DNA of 64,000 bases. It comes from Lachnospiraceae bacterium (GTDB taxonomy: Bacteria; Bacillota; Clostridia; Lachnospirales; Lachnospiraceae). The stretch lies in assembly GCA_015056815.1 (NCBI GenBank), contig SVFN01000028.1, forward strand, positions 399 to 64,398. The letters run 5' to 3'. The translations under genes and the position numbers were made by a program. Below, in pieces: positions 14,892-24,178 of the stretch (its first letter is position 1; each line of letters starts with the position of its first letter). The notes below the pieces were generated by a model, which saw nothing but the letters and a program-made list of their open reading frames with translations, ran no database searches and was not told where the DNA came from.

Positions 14892-17800
14892 ATGAAAAAT
14901 TTCAAAAGGTATCTGGCTGCCTTTACGGCGGCAGTCGTGACTGTGACATCTTTACCTGCAGCGAATATGCCGGTGCAAGCGGCAAATGTGACTGCAGACA
15001 GGATTGCTTCAGCAGATACGACAGTAGTATTGCATCCGGAAAAGGCATCTCCGTTTAATGATACGGATAATGACGGATTCGGAGAATTCCAGGGCTGGGG
15101 TACTTCCCTTTGCTGGTGGGCAAACAGACTTGGATACAGTGAGAAGCTGACAGCAGATGCGGCGAAAGTATTTTTTAGTGATGAAGGACTGGATCTGAAC
15201 ATTGGCCGTTACAATATTGGCGGTGGAGACAATGTTGGTGAGGAAGTAACGGTGGAAAAAGTCGTTGCGAATGAAAAGGCACAGTTTTTTGATCTGGAGA
15301 CAGAGGGGAAAAAGCCTGAGTACAGCGGAACCGAAATGAAGGTTTCGGATATGACAAAGCTTTCAAATGCCGTTTATACACAGACTGATGCAGACTTTGG
15401 CTTCAATAAGGGAGATAAAGTGGGAAGCTTCAAATATATCGGCTGGATCAATAAACTGGGTGATTCCGCGGGTAAGGGAGACAATCTGCATTATACTGTT
15501 GATGTACCGGAAGCAGGCAAATATACCGTTAAGGTGATCGCTACACTCGAGATCGGTTCCGGAGACAGCTTGAGCAGGGATATTGCGATACGCATTAACG
15601 AAGGAACGGAAGAAGAGATTGATTATGTAGTAGGTACAGACCAGTTAAATAAGAATGAGATCTGCGCTGCCGCAAGTAACCAGCATTTATATATGGCAAC
15701 GATTTCAGATATTTCACTTCATGCCGGAGAAAACAAGATCAATGTGGCCGGTCAAAAAGACTGGACTCTTGATTTTGTTAAAATGGCTGTGATCAAGAGC
15801 TCTGAGCTGGGAGTGGTACCGGAAGAACCGGCAGGCAGTGAATTCCGTCACGCACCGCATATCACGCGTTCGGATTCTGCGGTACCCGGTTATGCAAAAG
15901 ATGTGACCAAGATCAAAATTACAGAAGAAAAAGACGAAGAATACTGGACGAGTCATTTTGCAAGAGCTGATTTTGACTGTGGTTTTGCCTGGAACTATGA
16001 CTGGACGGCTGATCAGAATCAGTTGAATATCTTAAAGGCGGCAAAAGCAGCCAGCGGAAAGGACTTTATTGCAGAAGCATTTTCCAATTCTCCGCCATAT
16101 TTCATGACTTACAGCGGATGCAGTTCGGGAAATGTGGATGCCAATAAGGATAATCTGCGCAAGGATTCCTATAAAGCGTTTGCAAAATATATGGCAGATG
16201 TGATCGTACATTGGGCGGAAGAAGGGCTTGTGGATTTTCAGAGTGTGGATCCGATGAACGAGCCTTATACCAATTACTGGGGAGCTTACAGCTATAAGCA
16301 GGAAGGCTGTCATTTTGATCAGGGTACTTCTGAGTCTACGATTTTTGAAGAACTGTATGATGAAATGAATGCTCTGGCAGAAAAATCAGACAATGAAAAT
16401 GTAAAGAGGGTTGTCTCTTCTATTATTTATTGCGGTACAGATGAAACAAGCATCGATACATCGATCTCCTCTTATAATAAACTGTCCGACAAGGCGAAGG
16501 GAATTATCGGAAGGATTGATACCCATACCTACAGCGGATCCAATCGTGCAGGTTTAAGTGCCCTTGCAGAACAGGAAGGTAAGAACCTGTGGATGTCCGA
16601 GGTGGATGGTGCATATCAGGCAGGACAGAATGCCGGCAATATGTCAGCTGGTCTTGGCATCAGCCAGGCGATCATGAAAGACATCAAAGGGCTTCGCTGT
16701 ACGGCATGGATCATGTGGAATGCGGTAGATACTAATGTTGACCGTACCAACGCAGCGGATGCAGATGAGATGCAGGATCTGTATACGAAAAAGAATGATA
16801 AGGGAGAAATCCTTTATAAACCGAATATCGGTTACTGGGGAATAGCGCTTGGCAATCATAATGATGAGAAGATTGTTTTGACCAAGAAATATTACGCAAT
16901 GGGACAGTTCAGCCGCTATATCCGTCCGGGCTTTTGTGTGATCGAGAGCACAGGCGACTCACTGGCAGCCTATGATCCTCATAAGAAGGAAGCGGTCATC
17001 GTAGTAAACAATACGAAAGCATCCGATCAGACCTGTTCCTTCGATCTGACAAACTTTACCGGTATGAGTGATAAGATCACGGCGATCCGTACCAGTGGTG
17101 TGGTTGTAGATACGAATGCAGCCTTTGATGAGGCAAAACTGATTGAAGGTGAGAACTGGGCAGACGTAACCAAGATCGATGATATTAAAGCTGATGCAAA
17201 CAAGCAGACATTTACGGCAACCTTAAAAGCCAATTCCGTAACGACATATATTATTCATGATGTAGAGTACAGTTATAATAAGGCTGCTTTCTATACACCT
17301 GAGGTTGAAAAGATCAAGATTAAAGCAGAGAATGTATCCGGAAGCGCGGCATGGAATAATGGAACTGTTAATACATTTGACAAAGCGGTTGATGGAAATA
17401 CAGAAACATTCTTTGACGGTGTGGCTGACGGATATGTGCAGATCGATCTGGAAGATACTTACAAGATCGAAGGCTTCGGCTACGCACCGCGTAAGAGCTT
17501 TGGCTCAAGATGTACTGGTACCTTCTACGGCTCCAATGATGAAGAAAACTGGGATAAGCTTTATACCATTACAACAACTCCTTCCGAGGGTGTGATCACA
17601 AAGGCATATTCGAATGATTTCTTCCAGACAGGTTCTTACCGCTATATCAAGTATGCGGTAAGCGGCGAGGATCTTTGTAATATAGCGGAGATCGAGATCT
17701 ATCGTACAATTGTGGATCAGGATTACTTAAAAGGAAGCGTTGAGAAGTACGAGGTTAAGACTGCAGGAAAAGAGTTCGAGAAGGATCGTCAGGCTGCTTT

Positions 17801-18863
17801 TGATGCGGCAATGCAAGAAGCGAAAGCTCTGATCGGAAAAGAAAGTGCTACGGCTGCACAGATCGATGAAGCGGTAAATAAACTTCAGAAAGCGTATGAA
17901 GCACTTAGCTCCTTTGCGGATGCATCCGCAGCAGAAGAGCTTGTGAAAGAGGCTGAGGAAAATGAAGTTGATGCGACGGTAGCGGGCGCTACTGAGTATG
18001 AAGCTGCACTGAAAGAAACGAAAGAAGTGCTTGCCAAAGAGAAAGTTTCCCAGAGTGAAGTAGATGAGGCAACGACAAAACTGCAGGCGGCGAAAGAAAC
18101 TTATGAAGAAAACGTAAAAACGGAGCAGGAAACACTTGCAAAAACAGAAGAGGCCATGAAAGCGGCAGAGGAAGCAGTGGCTTCAAATGATCTTAACAAG
18201 AGTAAAGCAGCAGTAGAAGCAGCAAAAGCAGCCTATGATGCGCTGACAGATGCCCAGAAAGCAAAACTTTCGGATGATGCAAAAGCAAAATTTGAACAGA
18301 CTCAGACCACATATGCTGCAGCGGTAAAGGCTGCGGAGGATGCGAAAAAAGCAGCAGAAGCAAAACCGGCAGCAGTTGGAACAGTGATCGCAGGAAGCTA
18401 TGTCGTAACGAATGCGAATGCCTCTTCTCCGGAAGTGGCTTACAAACAGAATCCGGATAAGAACGCGAAGAAGGTTGCAATTGCTGCAACCGTTACCGAG
18501 AAGGGAATTACTTATAAAGTTACTTCCATCGCAGCCAATGCCTTTAAGGGAAATAAGAAGCTTAGCAGTGTTACGATCCCGGCGGGAGTGACTTCCATCG
18601 GTAAGAATGCATTTGCAGGCTGTGTTGCACTCAAGAAGATCACGATTCCGGAAAATGTGACCGATATCGGTTCCAAAGCATTTAGCGGAGATAAGAATCT
18701 GAAGAAGATCACGATCCGCTCAACGGTGCTGAAAAAAGTCGGTTCCGGTGCGTTTAAGAACATTCATAAGAAAGCAACGATCAAAGTACCGAAGAAGCAG
18801 AAAAAAGCATATCAGAAGCTGTTAAAGAAAAAAGGACAGGCTTCAACCGTAAAGATCAAATAA
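14892..18863 (+). CDS. Multidomain secreted glycoside hydrolase (clan GH-A, GH30-like) with CBM-like insert, F5/8 type C domain, FIVAR-like helical repeats and C-terminal BspA-type leucine-rich repeats
   Basis: Signal peptide (AAFTAAVVTVTSLPAANMPVQA). FGEFQGWGTSLCWWANRLG is an N-terminal GH30/COG5520-type motif. Candidate acid/base is NEP (DPMNEPYTNYW) and candidate nucleophile is LWMSEVDG. Also present are YVQIDLEDTYKIEGFGYAPR (discoidin-like), repeated ..IDEAVNKLQKAYEAL.. helices, and C-terminal VTSIGKNAFAGC..LKKITIPENVTDIGSKAFSG repeats. Start set to MKNFKRY after a GAGGAGG RBS. Confidence 0.7.
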   Translation: MKNFKRYLAAFTAAVVTVTSLPAANMPVQAANVTADRIASADTTVVLHPEKASPFNDTDNDGFGEFQGWGTSLCWWANRLGYSEKLTADAAKVFFSDEGLDLNIGRYNIGGGDNVGEEVTVEKVVANEKAQFFDLETEGKKPEYSGTEMKVSDMTKLSNAVYTQTDADFGFNKGDKVGSFKYIGWINKLGDSAGKGDNLHYTVDVPEAGKYTVKVIATLEIGSGDSLSRDIAIRINEGTEEEIDYVVGTDQLNKNEICAAASNQHLYMATISDISLHAGENKINVAGQKDWTLDFVKMAVIKSSELGVVPEEPAGSEFRHAPHITRSDSAVPGYAKDVTKIKITEEKDEEYWTSHFARADFDCGFAWNYDWTADQNQLNILKAAKAASGKDFIAEAFSNSPPYFMTYSGCSSGNVDANKDNLRKDSYKAFAKYMADVIVHWAEEGLVDFQSVDPMNEPYTNYWGAYSYKQEGCHFDQGTSESTIFEELYDEMNALAEKSDNENVKRVVSSIIYCGTDETSIDTSISSYNKLSDKAKGIIGRIDTHTYSGSNRAGLSALAEQEGKNLWMSEVDGAYQAGQNAGNMSAGLGISQAIMKDIKGLRCTAWIMWNAVDTNVDRTNAADADEMQDLYTKKNDKGEILYKPNIGYWGIALGNHNDEKIVLTKKYYAMGQFSRYIRPGFCVIESTGDSLAAYDPHKKEAVIVVNNTKASDQTCSFDLTNFTGMSDKITAIRTSGVVVDTNAAFDEAKLIEGENWADVTKIDDIKADANKQTFTATLKANSVTTYIIHDVEYSYNKAAFYTPEVEKIKIKAENVSGSAAWNNGTVNTFDKAVDGNTETFFDGVADGYVQIDLEDTYKIEGFGYAPRKSFGSRCTGTFYGSNDEENWDKLYTITTTPSEGVITKAYSNDFFQTGSYRYIKYAVSGEDLCNIAEIEIYRTIVDQDYLKGSVEKYEVKTAGKEFEKDRQAAFDAAMQEAKALIGKESATAAQIDEAVNKLQKAYEALSSFADASAAEELVKEAEENEVDATVAGATEYEAALKETKEVLAKEKVSQSEVDEATTKLQAAKETYEENVKTEQETLAKTEEAMKAAEEAVASNDLNKSKAAVEAAKAAYDALTDAQKAKLSDDAKAKFEQTQTTYAAAVKAAEDAKKAAEAKPAAVGTVIAGSYVVTNANASSPEVAYKQNPDKNAKKVAIAATVTEKGITYKVTSIAANAFKGNKKLSSVTIPAGVTSIGKNAFAGCVALKKITIPENVTDIGSKAFSGDKNLKKITIRSTVLKKVGSGAFKNIHKKATIKVPKKQKKAYQKLLKKKGQASTVKIK

Positions 18864-18879
18864 ATACGGAACATTCAGG

Positions 18880-18914
18880 CAAGAGGATATTCGAAAGAGT
18901 ATCCTCTTGTTTTG
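18880..18914 (+). terminator. Rho-independent terminator
   Basis: CAAGAGGATA (18880-18889) pairs with TATCCTCTTG (18900-18909), followed by TTTT. Confidence 0.8.
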
Positions 18915-18977
18915 TGGAAAAAAACGGTAACCATTCCAAAAAAAATTCCAAAAAATGAAAAAATTACGTAAAAGATA

Positions 18978-19006
18978 TTGACATATAATATTATATGGCA
19001 TATACT
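18978..19006 (+). promoter_or_regulatory. Sigma-A promoter of the PadR operon, overlapped by a 16-bp palindrome
   Basis: TTGACA at 18978-18983, 17-nt spacer, TATACT at 19001-19006. The perfect palindrome CATATAATATTATATG at 18982-18997 lies inside the spacer. Confidence 0.6.
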
Positions 19007-19086
19007 ATCGATAACAAGCAATATTATACAACGTATAATATTATGAATTTAAAAATATTATACCGGCAGAAAGGAGCGAAGAGTGA

Positions 19087-19446
19087 ATGGTATTTAATAC
19101 AGGAGCAGCTCTGTTAGATGCGATCGTGCTTGCTGTTGTGTCAAAAGAGCCTGCCGGCACCTACGGATATAAGATCACGCAGGATGTCAGGCTGGTCATT
19201 GAACTTTCTGAGTCTACACTGTATCCGGTGTTACGGAGGCTTTTGAAATACGGATATCTTGAGACCTATGACATGGAGTGCGCCGGCAGGAACAGACGGT
19301 ACTATAAAGTGACGGTTTCCGGTCAGGCACAGCTGGATGCTTACCGGAATGCCTGGAAGGAATATGCGGAGAAGATCAGTAGTATATTCGAATTAAAGAA
19401 AGTGGCGCAAGCAGGGGAAAAAATTATAGACACGCTATCGAAATAA
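19087..19446 (+). CDS. PadR-family transcriptional regulator
   Basis: LLDAIVLAVVSKEPAGTYGYKITQDV....SESTLYPVLRRLLKYGYLETY...GRNRRYYKVT is the canonical PadR winged-helix pattern. Confidence 0.9.
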   Translation: MVFNTGAALLDAIVLAVVSKEPAGTYGYKITQDVRLVIELSESTLYPVLRRLLKYGYLETYDMECAGRNRRYYKVTVSGQAQLDAYRNAWKEYAEKISSIFELKKVAQAGEKIIDTLSK

Positions 19447-19458
19447 GAGAGGTTGATT

Positions 19459-20106
19459 ATGAATAAGGAGCAATTTATACAGAGACTGGATGAACTGCTA
19501 AGGGATATATCCGAGTCGGAGCGGTTGGAGGCGATCGCTTATTACCGGGAATATTTCGAGGACGCAGGGGAAGAAAAGGAAGAAGAAGTCATCAGAGAGC
19601 TTGGCTCACCGGAGGAAGTTGCGCACAATATACGTGAGGAACTGGCTGGTAAAGAGATCATGGCAGCAGAGAACATGACAGAAGCAAACGGTACGGATGA
19701 CTGGGAGCCTTTACAGAAAGATAAGAAGATCAATCCGTTGGTCGCAGGGCTTTTGGCAGTGATCGGAATACTTCTTCTTATCACGGCAGGTATTCCGATC
19801 GTAAGTGCAGTGCTTGGAGTTGTGGTCGGAATCGTGGCTGTATTATTTGGACTGCTTGTGGCAGCACTGGTGGTTGGAGCTGCATTTATGCTGGTATCCA
19901 TTGTTTTGCTGGCGATCGGCATTGTCAATGTGATCGCTCAGCCGGTAGCAGCACTGTTACTCTTTGGAGCAGCATTTTTGTTCTTCGGAACCGGGTTGTT
20001 ACTGATGCTGGCAGGTGTCAAGATCTGCGCTGTAGCCATTCCGGCGATCATACGTAAGGTAACACAGTGGGGAAGTTTTTTATATAGAAGGGGGAAAATT
20101 GCATGA
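19459..20106 (+). CDS. DUF1700-like membrane protein (PadR-associated)
   Basis: N-terminal MNKEQFIQRLDELLRDISESERLEAIAYYREYFEDAG is typical of DUF1700, followed by TM segments. It sits in the position usual for a PadR partner. ATG at 19459 after GAGAGG. Confidence 0.7.
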   Translation: MNKEQFIQRLDELLRDISESERLEAIAYYREYFEDAGEEKEEEVIRELGSPEEVAHNIREELAGKEIMAAENMTEANGTDDWEPLQKDKKINPLVAGLLAVIGILLLITAGIPIVSAVLGVVVGIVAVLFGLLVAALVVGAAFMLVSIVLLAIGIVNVIAQPVAALLLFGAAFLFFGTGLLLMLAGVKICAVAIPAIIRKVTQWGSFLYRRGKIA

Positions 20107-21014
20107 AAAAAAGTACAAAAAGTACCGTTTGGGTGGGATGTGTCAGTATCGGGATCGGATTGCTCTTTAGCATTGCGGCAGTGACATTGGGAGCGGTTAC
20201 AGCAGTTCCGGAGTTAATGCGTACCGGTGACATCAAAGGAATCAGCTTTTTCAATACTCCATGGGGGAGAATGGAAGATCTTGCTGATGAGGGATGGGAG
20301 AGCTTTAAAGGCCAGCTCTTTCAGGAATCCGGGAAAAAAACGGCTGTGGCAAAAGCCGATGATATCGGGAAGCTGGATATAGACTGTGGAGCGGCAGAAC
20401 TGCTCATAAAGGAATCGGAGGATGATTCTGTTTATCTGGCCACCAACTCATATGTGAAAGTTAAATACCGGGTCGAAGACGATGACCTGTATATAAAATG
20501 CAAAGGAAAAACCGGGACAGACATACATGGCAAGGTTGAGCTGTATCTGCCAAAGGAGGTGACGGCAGAGCGGATTAAGATCGATCTGGGAGCAGGAACG
20601 GTCAAAAATGAGACAGCATTACATGCGGAAGAACTGTTCTTAGAGATAGGTGCCGGAGATGCAAGCCTTTCAGATGTGACAGTACAGACGACAGAGGCAC
20701 ATGTGGGCGCGGGAAAACTCAGATTTGATAAATTTGTGACAGAAGAACTGAAGACGGATGTGGCAATGGGAGAGTTTTCCTTTGACGGTCGGATCGATCA
20801 GGAAGCGGCGGTGGATGTTGCTATGGGAAACGCCGAGATACAGCTTTCGGACAGCAGTGATGAATATTCCTGTGAAGTCTCCGTGGGAGCCGGAGAGGTA
20901 ACGGTAGGCGGACAGAAAATGGCGGGAGCCTATGACGGAGAGTTCGGAGACGGGGATAAGGAACTGAACCTGGACTGCTCTATGGGAAGGATCAAAGTAA
21001 CCTTCGCAAAATAG
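20103..21014 (+). CDS. DUF4097 (putative adhesin / LiaG-YvlB-like) domain protein
   Basis: One N-terminal TM segment, then repetitive beta-strand motifs (IDLGAGTV.., LEIGAGDASL, AHVGAGKLRF, VAMGEFSF, VSVGAGEVTV). The start overlaps the upstream stop by 4 nt. Confidence 0.65.
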   Translation: MKKSTKSTVWVGCVSIGIGLLFSIAAVTLGAVTAVPELMRTGDIKGISFFNTPWGRMEDLADEGWESFKGQLFQESGKKTAVAKADDIGKLDIDCGAAELLIKESEDDSVYLATNSYVKVKYRVEDDDLYIKCKGKTGTDIHGKVELYLPKEVTAERIKIDLGAGTVKNETALHAEELFLEIGAGDASLSDVTVQTTEAHVGAGKLRFDKFVTEELKTDVAMGEFSFDGRIDQEAAVDVAMGNAEIQLSDSSDEYSCEVSVGAGEVTVGGQKMAGAYDGEFGDGDKELNLDCSMGRIKVTFAK

Positions 21015-21127
21015 TTTAAGGACAAAGGAGGCAGCAGAATATGAAAACAGTAGCAGTGATCCTGATCGTTTTAGTGGTAGCAATGATCTTAAAAAATGGT
21101 AGTATAAGAATAAAGGAGGGAGTCATT

Positions 21128-21313
21128 ATGGCAAACGATTATAAGGAGCTTCGCAGATCTTCCACGAACAAAGTGATCTGTGGTGTATGTGGAGGTATCG
21201 GGGAATATTTCAATGTGGATCCGACGATCATACGTGTGCTTTTCGTGTTGATCGGCTGTACCGGTACCGGATTACTTGCATATCTTCTGATGGCAGTGAT
21301 CATTCCGGAATAA
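21128..21313 (+). CDS. PspC-domain membrane protein
   Basis: LRRSSTNKVICGVCGGIGEYFNVDPTIIRVLFVL is the PspC domain signature, followed by one TM segment. AAGGAGGGAG RBS before the ATG at 21128. An in-frame upstream ATG at 21041 also has a strong RBS. Confidence 0.8.
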   Translation: MANDYKELRRSSTNKVICGVCGGIGEYFNVDPTIIRVLFVLIGCTGTGLLAYLLMAVIIPE

Positions 21314-21329
21314 TGTGAATCGTACAGAG

Positions 21330-21360
21330 GACAGGTGCCGTTGAAGGCACCTGTCTTTTT
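21330..21360 (+). terminator. Rho-independent terminator
   Basis: GACAGGTGCC-gttgaa-GGCACCTGTC followed by T5. Confidence 0.85.
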
Positions 21361-21406
21361 GCGTTTTTAAGCCACGCAAAAGGGCTTTTGGAGGCCTTCA
21401 AATGAC

Positions 21407-21436
21407 TTGACAGTGTCCGTGGCGATTTGCTAAAAT
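21407..21436 (+). promoter_or_regulatory. Candidate sigma-A promoter of valS
   Basis: TTGACA at 21407-21412, 18-nt spacer, TAAAAT at 21431-21436. This leaves a leader of only ~35 nt. Confidence 0.55.
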
Positions 21437-21475
21437 ATAGCCAAAACGATATACGCTTAAAGAAGGAGGCAAGTC

Positions 21476-24136
21476 ATGGCTAAGGAACTTGCAAAAACAT
21501 ACGATCCTCACGGGATTGAGGACAAAATTTATCAGAACTGGTTAGACAAAAAATATTTTCATGCCGAGGTGGATCATACGAAGAAACCGTTTACGATCGT
21601 GATCCCGCCGCCAAACATCACAGGTCAGCTTCATATGGGACATGCTCTTGACAATACGATGCAGGATATCCTGATCCGTTTTAAGAGAATGCAGGGTTAT
21701 AACGCACTGTGGCAGCCCGGCACCGACCATGCCAGTATTGCAACAGAGGTTAAGATCATAGAGAAATTAAAAGAGGAAGGGATTGATAAGCACGATCTTG
21801 GCAGAGAGAAATTTCTGGAGCGTGCATGGGACTGGAAAAAGGAATACGGCGGACGCATCATCAGCCAGCTAAAGAAGATGGGATCTTCCTGTGACTGGGA
21901 CAGAGAACGTTTTACCATGGACGAAGGGTGCAATCAGGCTGTTACCGAAGTATTCTGTAAGATGCATGAGAAAGGCTATATTTATAAAGGAGCCCGTATC
22001 GTCAACTGGTGCCCGGTATGCAACACTTCGATTTCAGATGCAGAAGTAGAATACGAAGAGCAGGCCGGACATTTCTGGCATATCAAATATCCGCTTGTAG
22101 ATGAGAACGGGCAGCCGAGCAGGACAGAATTTTTAGAGTTTGCGACCACGCGTCCGGAGACAATGCTGGGTGATACCGCAGTTGCCGTTAATCCGGATGA
22201 TGAGCGTTACACCTATCTGCATGGCAGAAGTGTATGGCTTCCGATCGTAAACAAAGCGATCCCTGTGGTTGAGGACCGCTATGTTGATATGGAATTCGGA
22301 ACCGGTGTTGTAAAGATCACTCCCGGACATGACCCGAACGACTTTGAGGTTGGTAAGAGACATAATCTTCCAATCGTTAATATCATGAACGATGATGCCA
22401 CCATCAACAAAAACGGGGGTATTTATGAAGGAATGGATCGCTATGAGGCACGTAAGGCGATTCTGAAAGAACTTGAAAAAGAAGGACTTCTGGTTGAGAT
22501 CGAAGATTACAGTCATAATGTCGGTACACATGACCGCTGCAAAACTACGGTAGAGCCTTTGGTAAAAGAGCAGTGGTTTGTGCGCATGGATGAATTGATC
22601 AAGCCTGCGGCAGAAGCTGTGAAAAACGGAGAGATCCGTCTGGTTCCGGAACGTATGGATAAAACCTACTTTAACTGGACAGACAATATTCGTGACTGGT
22701 GTATTTCCAGACAACTCTGGTGGGGACACCGTATTCCTGCTTATTATTGTGATGAATGTGGAGAGACCGTTGTGGCAAAAGAAGCACCCTGCAAATGTGA
22801 GAAATGCGGAGGGACTTCCTTTACACAGGATCCCGACACTCTGGATACCTGGTTCTCTTCTGCACTTTGGCCGTTTTCGACATTGGGCTGGCCCGAACAG
22901 ACGGAAGATCTGAAATACTTCTACCCTACGGATGTACTGGTGACCGGATATGACATTATCTTTTTCTGGGTAATCCGTATGATATTCTCCGGCTATGAAC
23001 ATATGGGCGAGAAACCGTTTAAGACGGTATTGTTCCATGGACTGGTCAGAGACAGTCAGGGACGTAAGATGAGTAAGTCGCTGGGTAATGGTATCGATCC
23101 TTTGGAGATCATTGAACAGTATGGTGCGGACGCACTGCGTCTTACGCTGATCACGGGTAATGCACCCGGGAATGATATGCGTTTCTACTATGAGAGAGTA
23201 GAAGCAAGCCGTAACTTTGCCAATAAAGTATGGAATGCCTCCCGCTTTATTTTGATGAATATGGAGGGAAAAACAATCCCTGCCGATGCCAAAGACCATT
23301 TGGAGCCGGTAGATAAGTGGATCATTTCCAAACTGAACAGTCTGGTAAAAGAGGCAACGGACAATATGGAGCATTACGAACTGGGTATTGCCGTTCAGAA
23401 AGTATATGATTTTATCTGGGATGAGTTCTGTGACTGGTATATTGAGATGGTAAAACCGCGTCTGTACAATTCTGAGGATGCGGCAAGTCAGTATGCAGCA
23501 CTGTATACCCTTAAGACAGTTCTGATCGATGCGTTAAAACTACTGCATCCTTATATGCCATTTATCACAGAGGAGATCTTTTTATCCATTCAGGATGAGG
23601 AAGAATCCATCATGATCTCCCGGTGGCCGCAGTACAGTGAAGAGAAAGTATTTGCAAAAGAAGAAAAAGAGATCGAGACGATGAAGGAGGCAGTACGCGG
23701 TATCCGTAATGTCCGCACGGGCATGAACGTTGCGCCGGGCAGGAAGGCAAGTGTTTACGTGGTTTCCGACAAAAAAGAGATTCGCGATATCTTTGAGAAT
23801 GGTAAACTGTTCTTTGCACCTTTGGCCTATGCTTCCGAGGTTGTGATCCAGGCGGACAAGACCGGGATTGCAGACGATGCGGTCAGTGTAGTGATCGCAG
23901 ATGCTACCGTTTATATTCCGTTTGCGGAACTGGTGGATATCGCACAGGAGATCGAACGGTTATCAAAAGAGGAAAAACGTCTGGCAGGTGAGATCAGACG
24001 TGCCGAAGGAATGCTTTCCAATGAAAGATTTACCAGTAAGGCTCCGGCAGCCAAGGTGCAGGAAGAGAGAGAAAAGCTTGCGAAATATACGCAGATGCGT
24101 GAGCAGGTATTGGAGAGACTTGCTTCTTTACAGTAG
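21476..24136 (+). CDS. valS: Valine--tRNA ligase
   Basis: Class I HIGH motif ([15 protein letters not shown]), KMSKS motif ([14 protein letters not shown]), editing domain, and C-terminal coiled coil. Length is 886 aa. Confidence 0.98.
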   Translation: MAKELAKTYDPHGIEDKIYQNWLDKKYFHAEVDHTKKPFTIVIPPPNITGQLHMGHALDNTMQDILIRFKRMQGYNALWQPGTDHASIATEVKIIEKLKEEGIDKHDLGREKFLERAWDWKKEYGGRIISQLKKMGSSCDWDRERFTMDEGCNQAVTEVFCKMHEKGYIYKGARIVNWCPVCNTSISDAEVEYEEQAGHFWHIKYPLVDENGQPSRTEFLEFATTRPETMLGDTAVAVNPDDERYTYLHGRSVWLPIVNKAIPVVEDRYVDMEFGTGVVKITPGHDPNDFEVGKRHNLPIVNIMNDDATINKNGGIYEGMDRYEARKAILKELEKEGLLVEIEDYSHNVGTHDRCKTTVEPLVKEQWFVRMDELIKPAAEAVKNGEIRLVPERMDKTYFNWTDNIRDWCISRQLWWGHRIPAYYCDECGETVVAKEAPCKCEKCGGTSFTQDPDTLDTWFSSALWPFSTLGWPEQTEDLKYFYPTDVLVTGYDIIFFWVIRMIFSGYEHMGEKPFKTVLFHGLVRDSQGRKMSKSLGNGIDPLEIIEQYGADALRLTLITGNAPGNDMRFYYERVEASRNFANKVWNASRFILMNMEGKTIPADAKDHLEPVDKWIISKLNSLVKEATDNMEHYELGIAVQKVYDFIWDEFCDWYIEMVKPRLYNSEDAASQYAALYTLKTVLIDALKLLHPYMPFITEEIFLSIQDEEESIMISRWPQYSEEKVFAKEEKEIETMKEAVRGIRNVRTGMNVAPGRKASVYVVSDKKEIRDIFENGKLFFAPLAYASEVVIQADKTGIADDAVSVVIADATVYIPFAELVDIAQEIERLSKEEKRLAGEIRRAEGMLSNERFTSKAPAAKVQEEREKLAKYTQMREQVLERLASLQ

Positions 24137-24178
24137 TGAAAAGATTATGAATAATCGTGTAAAGCGGGGGACAATGCA

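Noticed and set aside
21361-21475. T-box leader upstream of valS
   Set aside because: The interval is too short and lacks specifier, antiterminator and T-box sequences. The absence is reported as a finding instead.
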